64,000 nucleotides of DNA from the NCBI GenBank assembly GCA_963829525.1, contig CAWHIJ010000003.1, positions 2,784,001-2,848,000 on the forward strand, given 5' to 3'. Below are positions 34,429 through 44,757 of the stretch, in pieces (position 1 is the stretch's first letter; each line of letters starts with the position of its first letter). This stretch comes from an uncultured Actinomycetota bacterium (GTDB lineage: Bacteria > Actinomycetota > Actinomycetes > JAHEKZ01). The notes under the pieces are model-generated. The model saw nothing but the letters and a program-made list of their open reading frames with translations. It searched no databases and was not told the DNA's origin. A program made the translations under genes and the position numbers.

Positions 34429-35640
34429 TCAGCTGTCGATGGGAAAGGCGAGTGCTGCGCGCTGTTCATCGGTGATCATGTCGGCCACCCGCGTTGGGGC
34501 GACACCGGAGAGGTACGCCTGCGCCAGCCATTGCGTGAAGAGCCGGACGCCGACCTCGTGGTACGACGAGAGCGGGCCAGGACGGTAGCCGCGCGAGGCC
34601 ACTCCGCGCTGCACGCTCTCGCATGCCGTCCAGTCCTGCCGGTTGGTGATGTCCCAGAAGTCGACCGCGTACGCCGGGTCGAAGCCGGGCTTCTCGAAAG
34701 CCTCGGGTGGAAAGAGCCAGTGACACTCGATGAACGTGCGGTCGGGTGCGAGCGCAATCAGCCGATGGATCATCACATAGTCCGGGTGCAAGCTGACGAG
34801 CACGTTGGGTCCGACCTGCAGATAGAGCGTCGCGTGCCGGTACTTCTGTGGAAGATCAGCGATCGGAACGCCGCCACTGGTGCCGTCGAGCGACATCGTC
34901 TCGACGCCGTCCCGAAAGTCGTTCGTGCCGCCGAAGAACAGCCCCTCACCGAAGACGGAGACGCCGGCTTCGGTGTCGGAGACGAGGGAGAGCTCGGGGT
35001 GGACGGTGGGGCAGTGGAAGCATTCGTGGTAGTTCTCGACGATCAGCTTCCAGTTCGCCTCGATGGTGTAGCTGTGCGTCTCGGCAAGCCGCAGCTCGCC
35101 GATTCCGAAGTGATCAAGAATGTCGTCGAGCCCCTGGAGGTACTCGCTCAGCGGCGGCGCGTCGCCCGACATGTTGACCATGACGAAGCCGTTCCACAGC
35201 TCGAGGGCAACCGGCACCAACGAGTGCTGCGTCAGGTCGGTCACGTCGCCCTCATGGGTGGGCGGCACACCACGAAGGTCACCGTCCGGCGTGAACACCC
35301 ACGCGTGGTAGGGGCACCGGATCAGACTGCCGCTCGCCTCGCCACCGGCCGGAAGCAGCTCGTGACCGCGGTGGCGACACGAGTTGTAGAAGCCCCGCAG
35401 CCGCCCGTCGGTGCCCATCACGACGAGCAGGCCCTCGCCCCCGACCTGGTACGCGCGGCGGTCGCCGGCCTTGACGAACGAGCCGGCTGGTCCGATGCAG
35501 ATCCAGCCACCCGCGAAGACATGATCGTTCTCCCACGCGAGCACGTCAGCCTCGGTGTAGGCCGCGGCCGGGAGCATCTGACCACTGCCGTTCATTGACG
35601 GACGGAGCTGCTCCGCCGTCATGGGAAGTTCCCTGGCCAT
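34429..35640 (-). CDS. Rieske non-heme iron oxygenase alpha subunit (betaine/choline demethylase-like)
   Basis: CRHRG...CPYHAW Rieske ligands; NWK..ENY.ECFHC.TVH and QD iron ligands. Confidence 0.9.
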   Translation of the reverse strand: MARELPMTAEQLRPSMNGSGQMLPAAAYTEADVLAWENDHVFAGGWICIGPAGSFVKAGDRRAYQVGGEGLLVVMGTDGRLRGFYNSCRHRGHELLPAGGEASGSLIRCPYHAWVFTPDGDLRGVPPTHEGDVTDLTQHSLVPVALELWNGFVMVNMSGDAPPLSEYLQGLDDILDHFGIGELRLAETHSYTIEANWKLIVENYHECFHCPTVHPELSLVSDTEAGVSVFGEGLFFGGTNDFRDGVETMSLDGTSGGVPIADLPQKYRHATLYLQVGPNVLVSLHPDYVMIHRLIALAPDRTFIECHWLFPPEAFEKPGFDPAYAVDFWDITNRQDWTACESVQRGVASRGYRPGPLSSYHEVGVRLFTQWLAQAYLSGVAPTRVADMITDEQRAALAFPIDS

Positions 35641-35787
35641 TGCCGCTTCGTCCTCTCCGTCGCGCCACAAAAGGGTCACGATCTGAACCCCGATTCGCCC
35701 AAAACGTTCCACGAGCCACCCTGATCAGGCCAGAATGACGTGATCAGGCGCAACCCTTGTCCTCGAGGGCTACTCTCGACAGACTAA

Positions 35788-35807
35788 CTGACCAACCAGT
35801 CAGTCAG
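35788..35807. promoter_or_regulatory. Putative TetR operator copy 1
   Basis: CTGACCAACCAGTCAGTCAG, 14/20 identical to 40289-40308; just downstream of a TACTCT -10 element (35771-35776). Confidence 0.55.
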
Positions 35808-35864
35808 GAAGATTCACGACCGCGGAGATCTCGATACATACCTTTCCTTCCAGGAGGACCCGGC

Positions 35865-37131
35865 ATGCCGTTCGATCCCAAGTCATCCGACCGAGCCCGC
35901 TCAGTGGCGGCCACAACTGCATCGCCGCGATGTTCTTCGGGGTGGAGCACTCGCGGCAGTGGGCCTGGGGGCGGCCCCGCTCCTGGCGGCCTGCGGGGGG
36001 AATGACAACAGCCCAGCCGGAAGTGCAGACTCTTACCCGCTGGCAACGCCTGAGAACCCGGTTACGCTGCCGATCTTCGACGACAACCAGCCCATCGAGA
36101 GCGGCCTGGAGCCCGAAAAGGCCAAGACCCTGCGGGTCCTGAACTACGCGGACTACATGGCGCCGGGAGTCATGAAGGACTTCCAGTCGAAGTACGGCGC
36201 CGAAGTGCAGGTGACCCCGTACAACAACTACGACGAGATGCTGACCAAGATCAGCGCGCCCGGTGCCGAGTTCGACGTGGTCTTCCCAGGCCCCAGCGTG
36301 ATGAGTCGCATGGTCTACGGCAAGTTCCTGCAGCCGTTACAGCAGTCGTACATGACGAACTTGAAGAACGTGTGGCCCGAGTACCAGGACCCCTGGTACG
36401 ACGTCGGCTCGCAGTACAGCGTGCCCTACACCGTGTACACCACCGGGATCGGCTACCGTTCCGACCGCGTCAGCGACCCGTCTGAGGGCTACAAGATGCT
36501 CTGGAACCCCGAGTACTCCGGCAAGATGGGCGTTCTCGATGACGCGGGCGAGGCGCTCGGCATGGCCATGCTGGCCTGGGACATCACCAAGGACATCAAC
36601 ACCGCTGACCCCGAACTGATCACGGCGGCCGAGGACAAGCTCAACGAGCTGATCCCGCTGGGTGTGAAGGTGGACATCACCCAGTACGAGACGATTGCGA
36701 ACGGCAGGTTCACCGTTCACCAGGCCTGGTCGGGCGACATGATCGCCGCCAGGTGGTACCTGGCCGGGGGTGCCACGAGACAGGATCTCGGGTACTGGGT
36801 GCCCGAGTCGAAGTCAGACGTCGTCATCGGTAACGACAACATCTGCATCCCCAAGTCGTCGCCCAGCCCAGTGTTGGCGCACACCTTCGTCAACAGCATC
36901 CTCGACGACAAGATCGCCGAGAAGAACTTCAGCTGGAATGGCTACCAGCCACCGCTCACCAAGCTCGACGCCCAGTACCTCATCGACAACGGCTACATCA
37001 CGGACAACTTGATGTCGGCAGTCGTGGTTCCGGAAGACTTCGCATCGGGGATCAGCTTCTACGAGCAGACCCCGGCGGTTCAGAACCTGTATCTGGCGGC
37101 CTTCCAGGAGTTCCAGAGTGGCGGCAACTAA
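35865..37131 (+). CDS. potD: Polyamine ABC substrate-binding lipoprotein (Tat-exported); frameshift within about the first 40 nt
   Basis: AGGAGGA SD before ATG 35865; +1 frame gives HRRDVLRGG...LAAC; NYADY, YSVPY, AWSGD, DNICIP. Confidence 0.8.
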
Positions 37132-38035
37132 GGAAACGGTGGGGGGCCGGAAAGACGCGGCCACGCGTTTCCTCTGGCCCGCCCTCGCAGTACCCGGCAC
37201 GGCCTGGCTTGTCGCGCTCTTCCTCGTCCCGTTCTACGGGATCATGGCGATCGCGTTCTCAAGCCAGCTCAACATTCTCGGGCAGCCCATTCCGGCGTGG
37301 AACCCGCTCAAGTGGGACTTCACCGTCATGGGGCAGGTGATCGACGAATCGATCAACGGCAGCTATCGCTCCGCCTGGGAGCACACGTTCATCTACACGG
37401 CCATCGCGATGTCGCTCTGCGTGCTGATCGGGTATCCGGTGGCCTACTACGTGGCTCGGCTTGCCCGCGGAAACCGCGGCCTGCTGCTCGCGCTCATCCT
37501 GGCTCCTTGGTGGATCAACTACCTCACGCGCATGCTTGCCTGGGTCGGCATCCTTGGCGACCAGGGATATGCCAACGACATCGTCAGGTTCTTCGGATTC
37601 GCACAGGTGGACTGGCTTGGCGGTCAGTGGTACGTCGTTGTGGTCGCACTCGTCTACGGCTACCTGCCGTTCTTCATCGTGCCGCTCTATGCCTATCTCG
37701 ACCGCATCGACCAAAGCATGATCGAGGCATCCCGCGATCTCGGTGCGAACACGATCCGCACCTTCTTCCGCGTCACCCTGCCACTCAGTCGGATCGGCCT
37801 GATCACAGCCCTGGTCATCACGGCTCTTCCGATGTTCGGTGACTACTACACCAACACCCTGGTCTCGAACTCTCCGACCACGGTCATGGTCGGCAACTCG
37901 ATCGAGAAGTCGATCCAGAGCGGCTTCTCGCGGGGCCAAGGGGCCAGCCTGGTGCTGCTGCTGTCGGCGGTGCTGCTGATCTTCATGGCCTACTACCTGA
38001 TCTTGACGGTGCGGGCATCACGGGAGGCGCGATGA
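37118..38035 (+). CDS. potB: Polyamine ABC permease
   Basis: GYPVAY, YGYLPF, EASRDLGA, RVTLPL. Confidence 0.85.
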   Translation: MAATKETVGGRKDAATRFLWPALAVPGTAWLVALFLVPFYGIMAIAFSSQLNILGQPIPAWNPLKWDFTVMGQVIDESINGSYRSAWEHTFIYTAIAMSLCVLIGYPVAYYVARLARGNRGLLLALILAPWWINYLTRMLAWVGILGDQGYANDIVRFFGFAQVDWLGGQWYVVVVALVYGYLPFFIVPLYAYLDRIDQSMIEASRDLGANTIRTFFRVTLPLSRIGLITALVITALPMFGDYYTNTLVSNSPTTVMVGNSIEKSIQSGFSRGQGASLVLLLSAVLLIFMAYYLILTVRASREAR

Positions 38036-39027
38036 CAACCATCGGTGTCGACGCGCCTGGCGCGGCAGATTCGTGGGACGAGAAGGATCGGTACGTTCCT
38101 CCGCCTGAGGCGATCCGGCCGCCGAAGAAAGGGTTCGTCCCGCCATGGCGCAACCCATGGCGTCGTCCCTACGTACTCGCCACGATCACCTGGGTCTACA
38201 TCCTGTGGAGCCTGGTGCCGGTCCTGATCGCCGTCCAGTTCTCGTTCAACGACTCACGATCGCGCAGCTCATGGAACGGCTTCACCACCGCGTGGTACTG
38301 CTGCGGCAAGCCAGGGTCGATCGCGGAGGGTACGTCGGTCTTCGGCGCCGGTGCCAACGATGCGTTGTTGCTTGCCCTGCGGAACAGCTTGACGCTAGGA
38401 GTCGTCACCACCCTGATCTCCGTACCCATCGGTACGGCGCTTGCGCTCGGTCTCAGCCGCTGGCGCTCGCGTACCAGCAACGCGGCCAACGCTGTCTCGC
38501 TCTTCCCACTGGTCACCCCAGAGCTGGTCCTGGGTTCGGCCCTCTATCTGGTGATCTCGACCCTCTACACGCAGATCGGGCTGGGCCGCACCGCCCTGAT
38601 CCTGGGTCACGTCACGTTCTCGATCTCGTTCATCCTGGTGATCGTGCGTGGCCGCCTGGTGAGTATCGGTAGCGAGTTCGAGACCGCGGCCCAAGATCTC
38701 GGCGCAACACGCATCCAGGCGATCCGAACGGTGCTCCTGCCCATGCTGGTCCCGGCGATCTTCGCAGCGGCCATGATTACCTTCGCCGCATCCCTCGACG
38801 ACTTCGTCGTCAGCAACTTCCTCTATGGCGACGCCAGCCAGATCACCGTTCCGGTCCTGCTGTACAGCGCCGTCAAGGCGGCCCCGTCGCCAGCACTCAA
38901 CGCGCTGGCGACCCTCCTGCTGATCGGCACACTGGCAGCACTGCTGCTCACGTATCTCGTCCTCCGCTTGCGACGCAGAGGAGATGGCGGCTCTGCCCTC
39001 GACGACCTGGCCGGCGTCGAGATGTAG
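38032..39027 (+). CDS. potC: Polyamine ABC permease
   Basis: SFN, GFT..WY, TPELV, GHVTF, AAQDLGA, SLDDF. Confidence 0.85.
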   Translation: MTTIGVDAPGAADSWDEKDRYVPPPEAIRPPKKGFVPPWRNPWRRPYVLATITWVYILWSLVPVLIAVQFSFNDSRSRSSWNGFTTAWYCCGKPGSIAEGTSVFGAGANDALLLALRNSLTLGVVTTLISVPIGTALALGLSRWRSRTSNAANAVSLFPLVTPELVLGSALYLVISTLYTQIGLGRTALILGHVTFSISFILVIVRGRLVSIGSEFETAAQDLGATRIQAIRTVLLPMLVPAIFAAAMITFAASLDDFVVSNFLYGDASQITVPVLLYSAVKAAPSPALNALATLLLIGTLAALLLTYLVLRLRRRGDGGSALDDLAGVEM

Positions 39028-39099
39028 CGGTCCGCCAAGCGCGGTGGGCCGCAGGACAGACTCCAGGTACGGCCGAGCACAGGCACAAGCGGGGTCGGT

Positions 39100-40248
39100 T
39101 CAGCCAGCCCTCGACACCGAGTCGGAATCGCTCCAGGCGTGTTCTTCGGAGTGCTCCAACACGTGCAGCGATTCCGCAGGCATCCGGACGCGACACGCAT
39201 CGCCTGACCTCCACGGCTCTTCGTGCACGGCGTTGGTGACGAGCGACTGGACGCTCGTACCGTCCGCGAGTCGCACGAACACCTGTGACGTGGACCCCAG
39301 GTAGACGACCCGCTCGACCATCGCGGGCAGCCGGTTGTCTCCACTGAGCTCGCCCTCTTCGAGGTGCAGGCTCTCGGGCCGGATCACCGCGCGACCAGGA
39401 CCAGCCTGGAAGCCCTCGGGAATCTGGGCGTCGAGGGTGAAGTCGCCGAGCTTGACGCGACCTACTCCGGCACTGCTGCTCTCGACCTGGACGTCCATCA
39501 GGTTGGCCACTCCGAGGAAGTCGGCCACGAACTCACTACGGGGGAACTGGTAGATCTCGCGGGGCGCACCCAACTGCATGATCTTGCCCTTGCTCATGAC
39601 CGCGAGGCGGTCAGACATCTCCAGCGCCTCTTCCTGGTCGTGTGTGACGAAGACAAATGTGATGCCCACCCGCCGCTGCAGCTCGGTGAGCTGGGCGCGC
39701 AGCGAGTGGCGGAGCTTGGCATCCAACGCACCGAGCGGTTCGTCGAGGAGGAGGACCGAGGGCTCGAGCACGAGCGCCCGCGCCAGGGCGATGCGCTGCT
39801 GCTGCCCTCCGGAGAGCTGGTTGGGGCGGCGCTTGGCGTACTCGGTCATCTCGACCAGCTCGAGCGCGGCGTCAACCTTGCCCTTGCGGTCGCTCTTGGG
39901 AACATCCTTGGCCCAGCGCAGGCCGTACTCGACGTTCTTCCATACGTCCATGTGTGGGAAGAGCGCGTAGCTCTGGAAGACCGTGTTGACCGGCCGCTTG
40001 TGGGGAGGCGTCTGCGCGACATCGGTGCCGTCGATCAGGATCTGCCCGTCGGTGGGTTGCTCAAACCCCGCCAGCATGCGGAGCGTCGTGGTCTTGCCGC
40101 AACCCGAGGGGCCGAGCAGCGAGAAGAACTCACCTGAAGCGACGTCGAGGTCGATTCCGTCGACGGCGACCGACCCTCCTTCAAATACCTTGCGGAGCCC
40201 AAGAATTGAGATTGATCCGCCGGTGGTCGCTGCACTTTCATCAGTCAT
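39100..40248 (-). CDS. potA: Polyamine ABC ATP-binding protein
   Basis: GPSGCGKT, FQSYALFPH, LSGGQQQR, DEPL, THDQEEA, TOBE-like C-terminus. Confidence 0.92.
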   Translation of the reverse strand: MTDESAATTGGSISILGLRKVFEGGSVAVDGIDLDVASGEFFSLLGPSGCGKTTTLRMLAGFEQPTDGQILIDGTDVAQTPPHKRPVNTVFQSYALFPHMDVWKNVEYGLRWAKDVPKSDRKGKVDAALELVEMTEYAKRRPNQLSGGQQQRIALARALVLEPSVLLLDEPLGALDAKLRHSLRAQLTELQRRVGITFVFVTHDQEEALEMSDRLAVMSKGKIMQLGAPREIYQFPRSEFVADFLGVANLMDVQVESSSAGVGRVKLGDFTLDAQIPEGFQAGPGRAVIRPESLHLEEGELSGDNRLPAMVERVVYLGSTSQVFVRLADGTSVQSLVTNAVHEEPWRSGDACRVRMPAESLHVLEHSEEHAWSDSDSVSRAG

Positions 40249-40288
40249 GCGCGGAAGTCTAGAGGGCCCGCGCGGCGCAGTCAGCCGG

Positions 40289-40308
40289 CTGACTGAATAT
40301 TCAGTAAG
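40289..40308. promoter_or_regulatory. Putative TetR operator copy 2
   Basis: CTGACTGAATATTCAGTAAG with a perfect 14-bp palindrome core ACTGAATATTCAGT, between divergent potA and tetR. Confidence 0.65.
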
Positions 40309-40348
40309 AATCCCCCCGCAGCTACGGGTCGGCCGCTAAGTTAGCGGC

Positions 40349-40996
40349 GTGGCACGAGCAGGAGCGGCGCGAACCAGCCGCCAGGAGCAGGTTGAGCAGC
40401 GGCGCGCTGAGTTGCTGGAGGCGGCCAAACAGGTCGTCCTGGAGCGTGGACTCTCCAATACCCGAGTGGCCGATGTCGCTGCCGCCACCAAGGTTAGCGG
40501 CGGGCTGATCCACTACCACTTCGCCACCAAGGACGTTCTGCTCACCGAGATGCTCCGCAACGAGGCCGAGCATGACATCGCCAAGGCGCGCCGCCTGGCA
40601 ACTGGGGCCGGCACCGCACTGCAGCGCCTCGACCGCGTCATGCGCGAGTTCGTCCCCAGCTCACGCAACGACCAGACCTGGGTATTGTGGATCGACGCTT
40701 GGGGAGCCGGCCTGCGCGACGACACGCTGCGCACGATCTCTGAAGAGCTCGACACGGCTTGGACCGAGATGCTTCTCACCGTCATCGAGGACGGCGTCGC
40801 ATCTGGTGAGTTCGCTACCGATGACCCGAGGGGCGTTGCCGACCGGTTGTCCTCACTGCTCGACGGCCTTGGTCTGCGCGTCACGTTGCAGCGTCCAGGC
40901 GTCACCCGCAAGCAGATGCACGAGCACGCCAGAGTGGCCGCCGAGCTGGAACTCGGCCTCGTACCCGGCTCATTGGCCAACGCGTCCGGATCCTGA
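40349..40996 (+). CDS. TetR-family regulator (BetI-like)
   Basis: RRAELLEAA...TRVADVA...SGGLIHYHFATKD HTH; LLDGL C-terminal motif. Confidence 0.92.
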   Translation: MARAGAARTSRQEQVEQRRAELLEAAKQVVLERGLSNTRVADVAAATKVSGGLIHYHFATKDVLLTEMLRNEAEHDIAKARRLATGAGTALQRLDRVMREFVPSSRNDQTWVLWIDAWGAGLRDDTLRTISEELDTAWTEMLLTVIEDGVASGEFATDDPRGVADRLSSLLDGLGLRVTLQRPGVTRKQMHEHARVAAELELGLVPGSLANASGS

Positions 40997-41024
40997 CGCC
41001 GACTTTCTGACCAGGGACACGCCC

Positions 41025-41996
41025 ATGTTCGCTGCCATCGCCACCTCCTTCGATGCCGAGCATCCACTCAATGGGCTCACCCTTGGTGACCACGCCGAAC
41101 CCACGCCGCCGGATGACAGCTGGACGACGGTCACCGTGCGGGCCACCGCCCTGAACCACCACGACCTGTGGTCGCTCAAGGGCGTAGGACTTCGCCCAGA
41201 GCAGCTGCCGATGATCCTTGGCACCGATGCCGCCGGCGTCGCCGAGGATGGTCTTGAGGTCGTCGTACACGCGGTGATCGCAGACCCGGCGCGTGGCGGT
41301 GGCGACGAGACCTTCGACCCCAAGCGCTCGCTGCTGTCTGAGGTCTACGACGGGACGCTGGCTGAGCGGGTCACGGTGCCGCGTCGAAACTTGGTGGCGA
41401 AGCCGGCGTCACTCTCCTTCGAACAGGCGTCGTGCCTGCCGACAGCGTGGCTTACTGCGTATCGCATGCTGACCACCCGCGGTCAGTTGATGGCTGGCGA
41501 GACCGTCCTCGTACAGGGTGCCGGCGGTGGCGTATCGACAGCGTTGGTGCCGCTCGCCAAGGCCATGGGGTTGCGGGTCTGGGTCACCAGCCGTACTGCC
41601 ACAAAGCGTGAGCAGGTGATGGCGCTTGGCGCAGATGCGGCATTCGAGCCGGGCGCCCGGCTGCCCGAACGAGTCGACGCCGTCATGGAGTCGGTCGGCG
41701 AAGCAACGTGGAGCCACTCGCTCAAGTCGCTGCGTCCCGGTGGTCGCGTCGTCGTCTGCGGATCCACCTCTGGCGCGAACCCGTCCGCCGACCTCGCCAG
41801 AGTGTTCTTCCTCCAGCTGTCGGTGATTGGTTCGACGATGGGGACGCGCGACGAGCTCGAGCAGCTGCTGTCGTTCTGCGCTGAGCATTCACTCACGCCA
41901 GTGATTGACCGCACCTATCCACTTGCCGAAGCCGATCAGGCTCTTTCCCGACTCGCCTCCGGCGACGAGTTCGGCAAGATCGTGGTCACAGCCTGA
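41025..41996 (+). CDS. MDR (zinc-binding dehydrogenase family) oxidoreductase
   Basis: LNHHDLW, ILGTDAAG, PTAWLTAY, QGAGGGV, GKIV. Confidence 0.9.
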   Translation: MFAAIATSFDAEHPLNGLTLGDHAEPTPPDDSWTTVTVRATALNHHDLWSLKGVGLRPEQLPMILGTDAAGVAEDGLEVVVHAVIADPARGGGDETFDPKRSLLSEVYDGTLAERVTVPRRNLVAKPASLSFEQASCLPTAWLTAYRMLTTRGQLMAGETVLVQGAGGGVSTALVPLAKAMGLRVWVTSRTATKREQVMALGADAAFEPGARLPERVDAVMESVGEATWSHSLKSLRPGGRVVVCGSTSGANPSADLARVFFLQLSVIGSTMGTRDELEQLLSFCAEHSLTPVIDRTYPLAEADQALSRLASGDEFGKIVVTA

Positions 41997-42043
41997 GTGT
42001 TCGCGTCGCGACTTCCTCCACTCATCGCCGCTACCGAGGGTTG

Positions 42044-43264
42044 TCAGGGAGCGTGGTGGCGCAGGTGGTGGCGCACGTCGCGGAACCTCACCGCCTCGTA
42101 CGCGATCAGCACCACCAGCAGGGTGACGAGAGCCGTCAGCGATACATACGCAGGCACGACCAGTCCCATGGGGATTGCCAGCACCAACAGTCCTGCGGCT
42201 ACGGATCGCTGCACGTTGACCGAGCCCATGTTCCGCAGCCGAAAGAGGATGTGGCCGACGAGGTAGAGGGCCACCCCGCCGAAGAGCGCAACCGACGGGA
42301 TCAGCTTCAGCGGCTCACCGACGTCCAACAGACACTTCTTGAGCCCGAGTGCCAGGAAGACGATCCCCAGGATCATCAGCACGTGTAGGTAGCTGTAGGA
42401 GTCGCGGGCGAGTGCGTTGCGCTCGGCACCAGTTGCCTTGCCGAGTCGCTTCTCGGCGGCGAGCGCTACCACGTCGAAGTAGAGCCACCAGAGTGCGGCG
42501 ACGACCGTCATCCCGAAGACACTCGCGCTGACGACCGCTGCCGTCTGCGGCTCTTCGGACGCAGCCAGACCCAGCGCCACGATGGACTCACCGAGAGCGA
42601 TGATGATGATCAGGCCATGACGCTCGGCAAAGTGTGACGGCCTGACATGCCACCCCTGCGTACCCGAGATCAGCGGAGCGGTCGTCGTCAGGATCAGCGC
42701 CAGCGTCCAGAGCGAGGCACGCATCACGCCTGCCTCAAGAAAGCCTGCTATCGCGACCAACACCGGTGCGGCGAGCACACCTGGGGCCATGCGTAGCACG
42801 GCTCGGTTCATTTCTGGCTTGTCGCGGGTGGACAACGCATACAGCAAGATGAACAACAACGTCACCGTGAGGTAGGCGAAGCCGAAGAGAACGCCGTCGC
42901 CGGAAAAGGCCTCTGGAATCGCCAGTCCCATCACCAGGCCGGCGGCCATGGCAGCGAATACCACGATTCGGGAGCGAATGTCGTCGTCCACCGGGACCGA
43001 GTTCGTCAGCCAGGAGTAGCCGACCCAGGCCCACCAGACGACGAGGAGGAGAGCGATCCCTCGGAGAATTCCGGTGCCGGTGAGGTCTACGGCGAGCAGG
43101 GACGTCACCTGAGTGAAAGCGAACACAAAGACGAGATCAAAGAAGAGCTCAAGCGGCGAGACGCCGTACTCCTCGTCAGGCGGTGGTTCGTGCGAGTGGT
43201 CGTCATCTGCGACGGTGTCGGGATCAGGCATGGACTCTGGTTCAGGTTCTGGCACGGACGCCAT
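42044..43264 (-). CDS. Low temperature requirement protein A family membrane protein
   Basis: LELFFDLVFV, WWAW, HFAERHGL.IIALGES, WWLYF. Confidence 0.9.
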   Translation of the reverse strand: MASVPEPEPESMPDPDTVADDDHSHEPPPDEEYGVSPLELFFDLVFVFAFTQVTSLLAVDLTGTGILRGIALLLVVWWAWVGYSWLTNSVPVDDDIRSRIVVFAAMAAGLVMGLAIPEAFSGDGVLFGFAYLTVTLLFILLYALSTRDKPEMNRAVLRMAPGVLAAPVLVAIAGFLEAGVMRASLWTLALILTTTAPLISGTQGWHVRPSHFAERHGLIIIIALGESIVALGLAASEEPQTAAVVSASVFGMTVVAALWWLYFDVVALAAEKRLGKATGAERNALARDSYSYLHVLMILGIVFLALGLKKCLLDVGEPLKLIPSVALFGGVALYLVGHILFRLRNMGSVNVQRSVAAGLLVLAIPMGLVVPAYVSLTALVTLLVVLIAYEAVRFRDVRHHLRHHAP

Positions 43265-43296
43265 TGTGGCCGATCCCGCCTCGGTACGCTGCCTCG

Positions 43297-43704
43297 ATGA
43301 CCGCACAACGCACCCCCGACGGCGCTAGCGCCGCCCCCTTGGACTCTGCCTTGGGTCTGACAAGAGCTCCCGACGACGGTGACTCTGCGGTACTGCGGCT
43401 CGACCCCACCGCCATTGCCGTCGGCGCCGTCGAGCCGGTTACCTACCTGCATGGCGGGGCGCTGGCGACTGCAATTGACACCGCAGCCTGGGAGGCGATC
43501 ATTCGGGTCAGCGATGACACGTGGGTGGTCGCTGACATGCGGATCGATTTCGTGCGACTGGCCCGGAATGAGGTACACCGGGTCACGGCAACAGCGCGGA
43601 AGATCGGCCGCGCGCAGGCTGTAGCCGACGTCGAGATCACCGCCTGGGATGACCCTTCACGACTGGTCGCTCTGGGTCGGGTTCTGCTGGCCAAGGTCGG
43701 TTGA
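43297..43704 (+). CDS. PaaI-family hotdog thioesterase
   Basis: LHGGALATAID motif. Confidence 0.85.
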   Translation: MTAQRTPDGASAAPLDSALGLTRAPDDGDSAVLRLDPTAIAVGAVEPVTYLHGGALATAIDTAAWEAIIRVSDDTWVVADMRIDFVRLARNEVHRVTATARKIGRAQAVADVEITAWDDPSRLVALGRVLLAKVG

Positions 43705-43708
43705 TCCC

Positions 43709-44509
43709 GTGTCGCCCGAAGAGCACTACACACACGGTCACCACGAGAGTGTGCTGCGCTCGCACACCTGGCGCACCGTCGCGAACTCGGCTGCTTACCT
43801 GGCACCTCGACTGATCGAAGGCTGCCACGTGCTGGACGTCGGGTGTGGCCCTGGAACCATCACGGCGGAGATGGCAGACCTCGTAGGACCGGCCGGATCG
43901 GTTACCGGGATAGATGCATCAGCGGAGGTGGTGGGTCTTGCCGCCAGCGCCCACCAACGCTCCAACCTGACCTTCACGACCGGGGACGCCTATGCGATCG
44001 ACGCCCCCGAGAACACGTACGACGTTGTGCATGCTCACCAAGTTCTTCAGCACCTCGCCGATCCAGTTGCGGCGCTGCGCGAGATGCGCCGGGTCTGCCG
44101 CCCCGGCGGTGTAGTCGCCGCGCGCGACGCCGACTACACAGGTTCGGCGTGGTACCCGGGCGATCCGAATCTGGACCGGTGGCTCGCACTCTCGCTGGCC
44201 GTCGGTCGAGCCAATGGCGGTGAACCGGAGGCCGGGCGGCGTCTGCTCGCGTGGGCTCACCGCGCCGAGTTCGCCGAGGTGACGCCATCCGCGAGCCTTT
44301 GGTGCTTTGCGACGCCAGGGGAACGGTCGTGGTGGGCGAACCTGTGGGCCGACCGCGTCACGCAGTCGCAACTTGGGCAGCAGGCAGTGGCCGAGGGCTT
44401 CGCGACCATTGCGGAGCTGGCTGAGATCGCCGACGCCTGGCGCGCATGGGCAGCCGACCCCGATGCTTGGTTCGCAGTGCTGCACGGCGAGATCCTGGCC
44501 AGCGTCTGA
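43709..44509 (+). CDS. Class I SAM-dependent methyltransferase
   Basis: YTHGHHESVL, LDVGCGPG, HAHQVLQH, RPGG. Confidence 0.9.
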   Translation: MSPEEHYTHGHHESVLRSHTWRTVANSAAYLAPRLIEGCHVLDVGCGPGTITAEMADLVGPAGSVTGIDASAEVVGLAASAHQRSNLTFTTGDAYAIDAPENTYDVVHAHQVLQHLADPVAALREMRRVCRPGGVVAARDADYTGSAWYPGDPNLDRWLALSLAVGRANGGEPEAGRRLLAWAHRAEFAEVTPSASLWCFATPGERSWWANLWADRVTQSQLGQQAVAEGFATIAELAEIADAWRAWAADPDAWFAVLHGEILASV

Positions 44510-44517
44510 CGACGTCG

Positions 44518-44740
44518 GCGGCGGCGTCCGCGTGTCGGCACCTTGCGGTGGCGTTCGCGTGTCGGCACCTTGCTGCGGCACTTTGCTCGAGCCGCTGCGG
44601 TGGCGTCCGCGTGTCGGCCCCTTGCGGTGGCACCTTGCCCGAGCCGCTGCGGTTGCATCCGCGTGTCGGCCCCTTGCGGTGCACCTTGGCTGCGGTGGCA
44701 TCCGCGTTCAGCCCCTTGCGGTGGACCTTCTCGGCCGCTG
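44518..44740. repeat. Degenerate minisatellite, 5 units of about 27-52 bp
   Basis: Core GCGGTGGCGTCCGCGTGTCGGC(A/C)CCTTGCGG starting at about 44518, 44545, 44597, 44649, 44692. Confidence 0.85.
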
Positions 44741-44757
44741 AAGCGCCGCTCGGACCA

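Noticed and set aside
40572-41024. N-terminal extension of the 474-aa dehydrogenase ORF
   Set aside because: Overlaps tetR in another frame; homology starts at ATG 41025.
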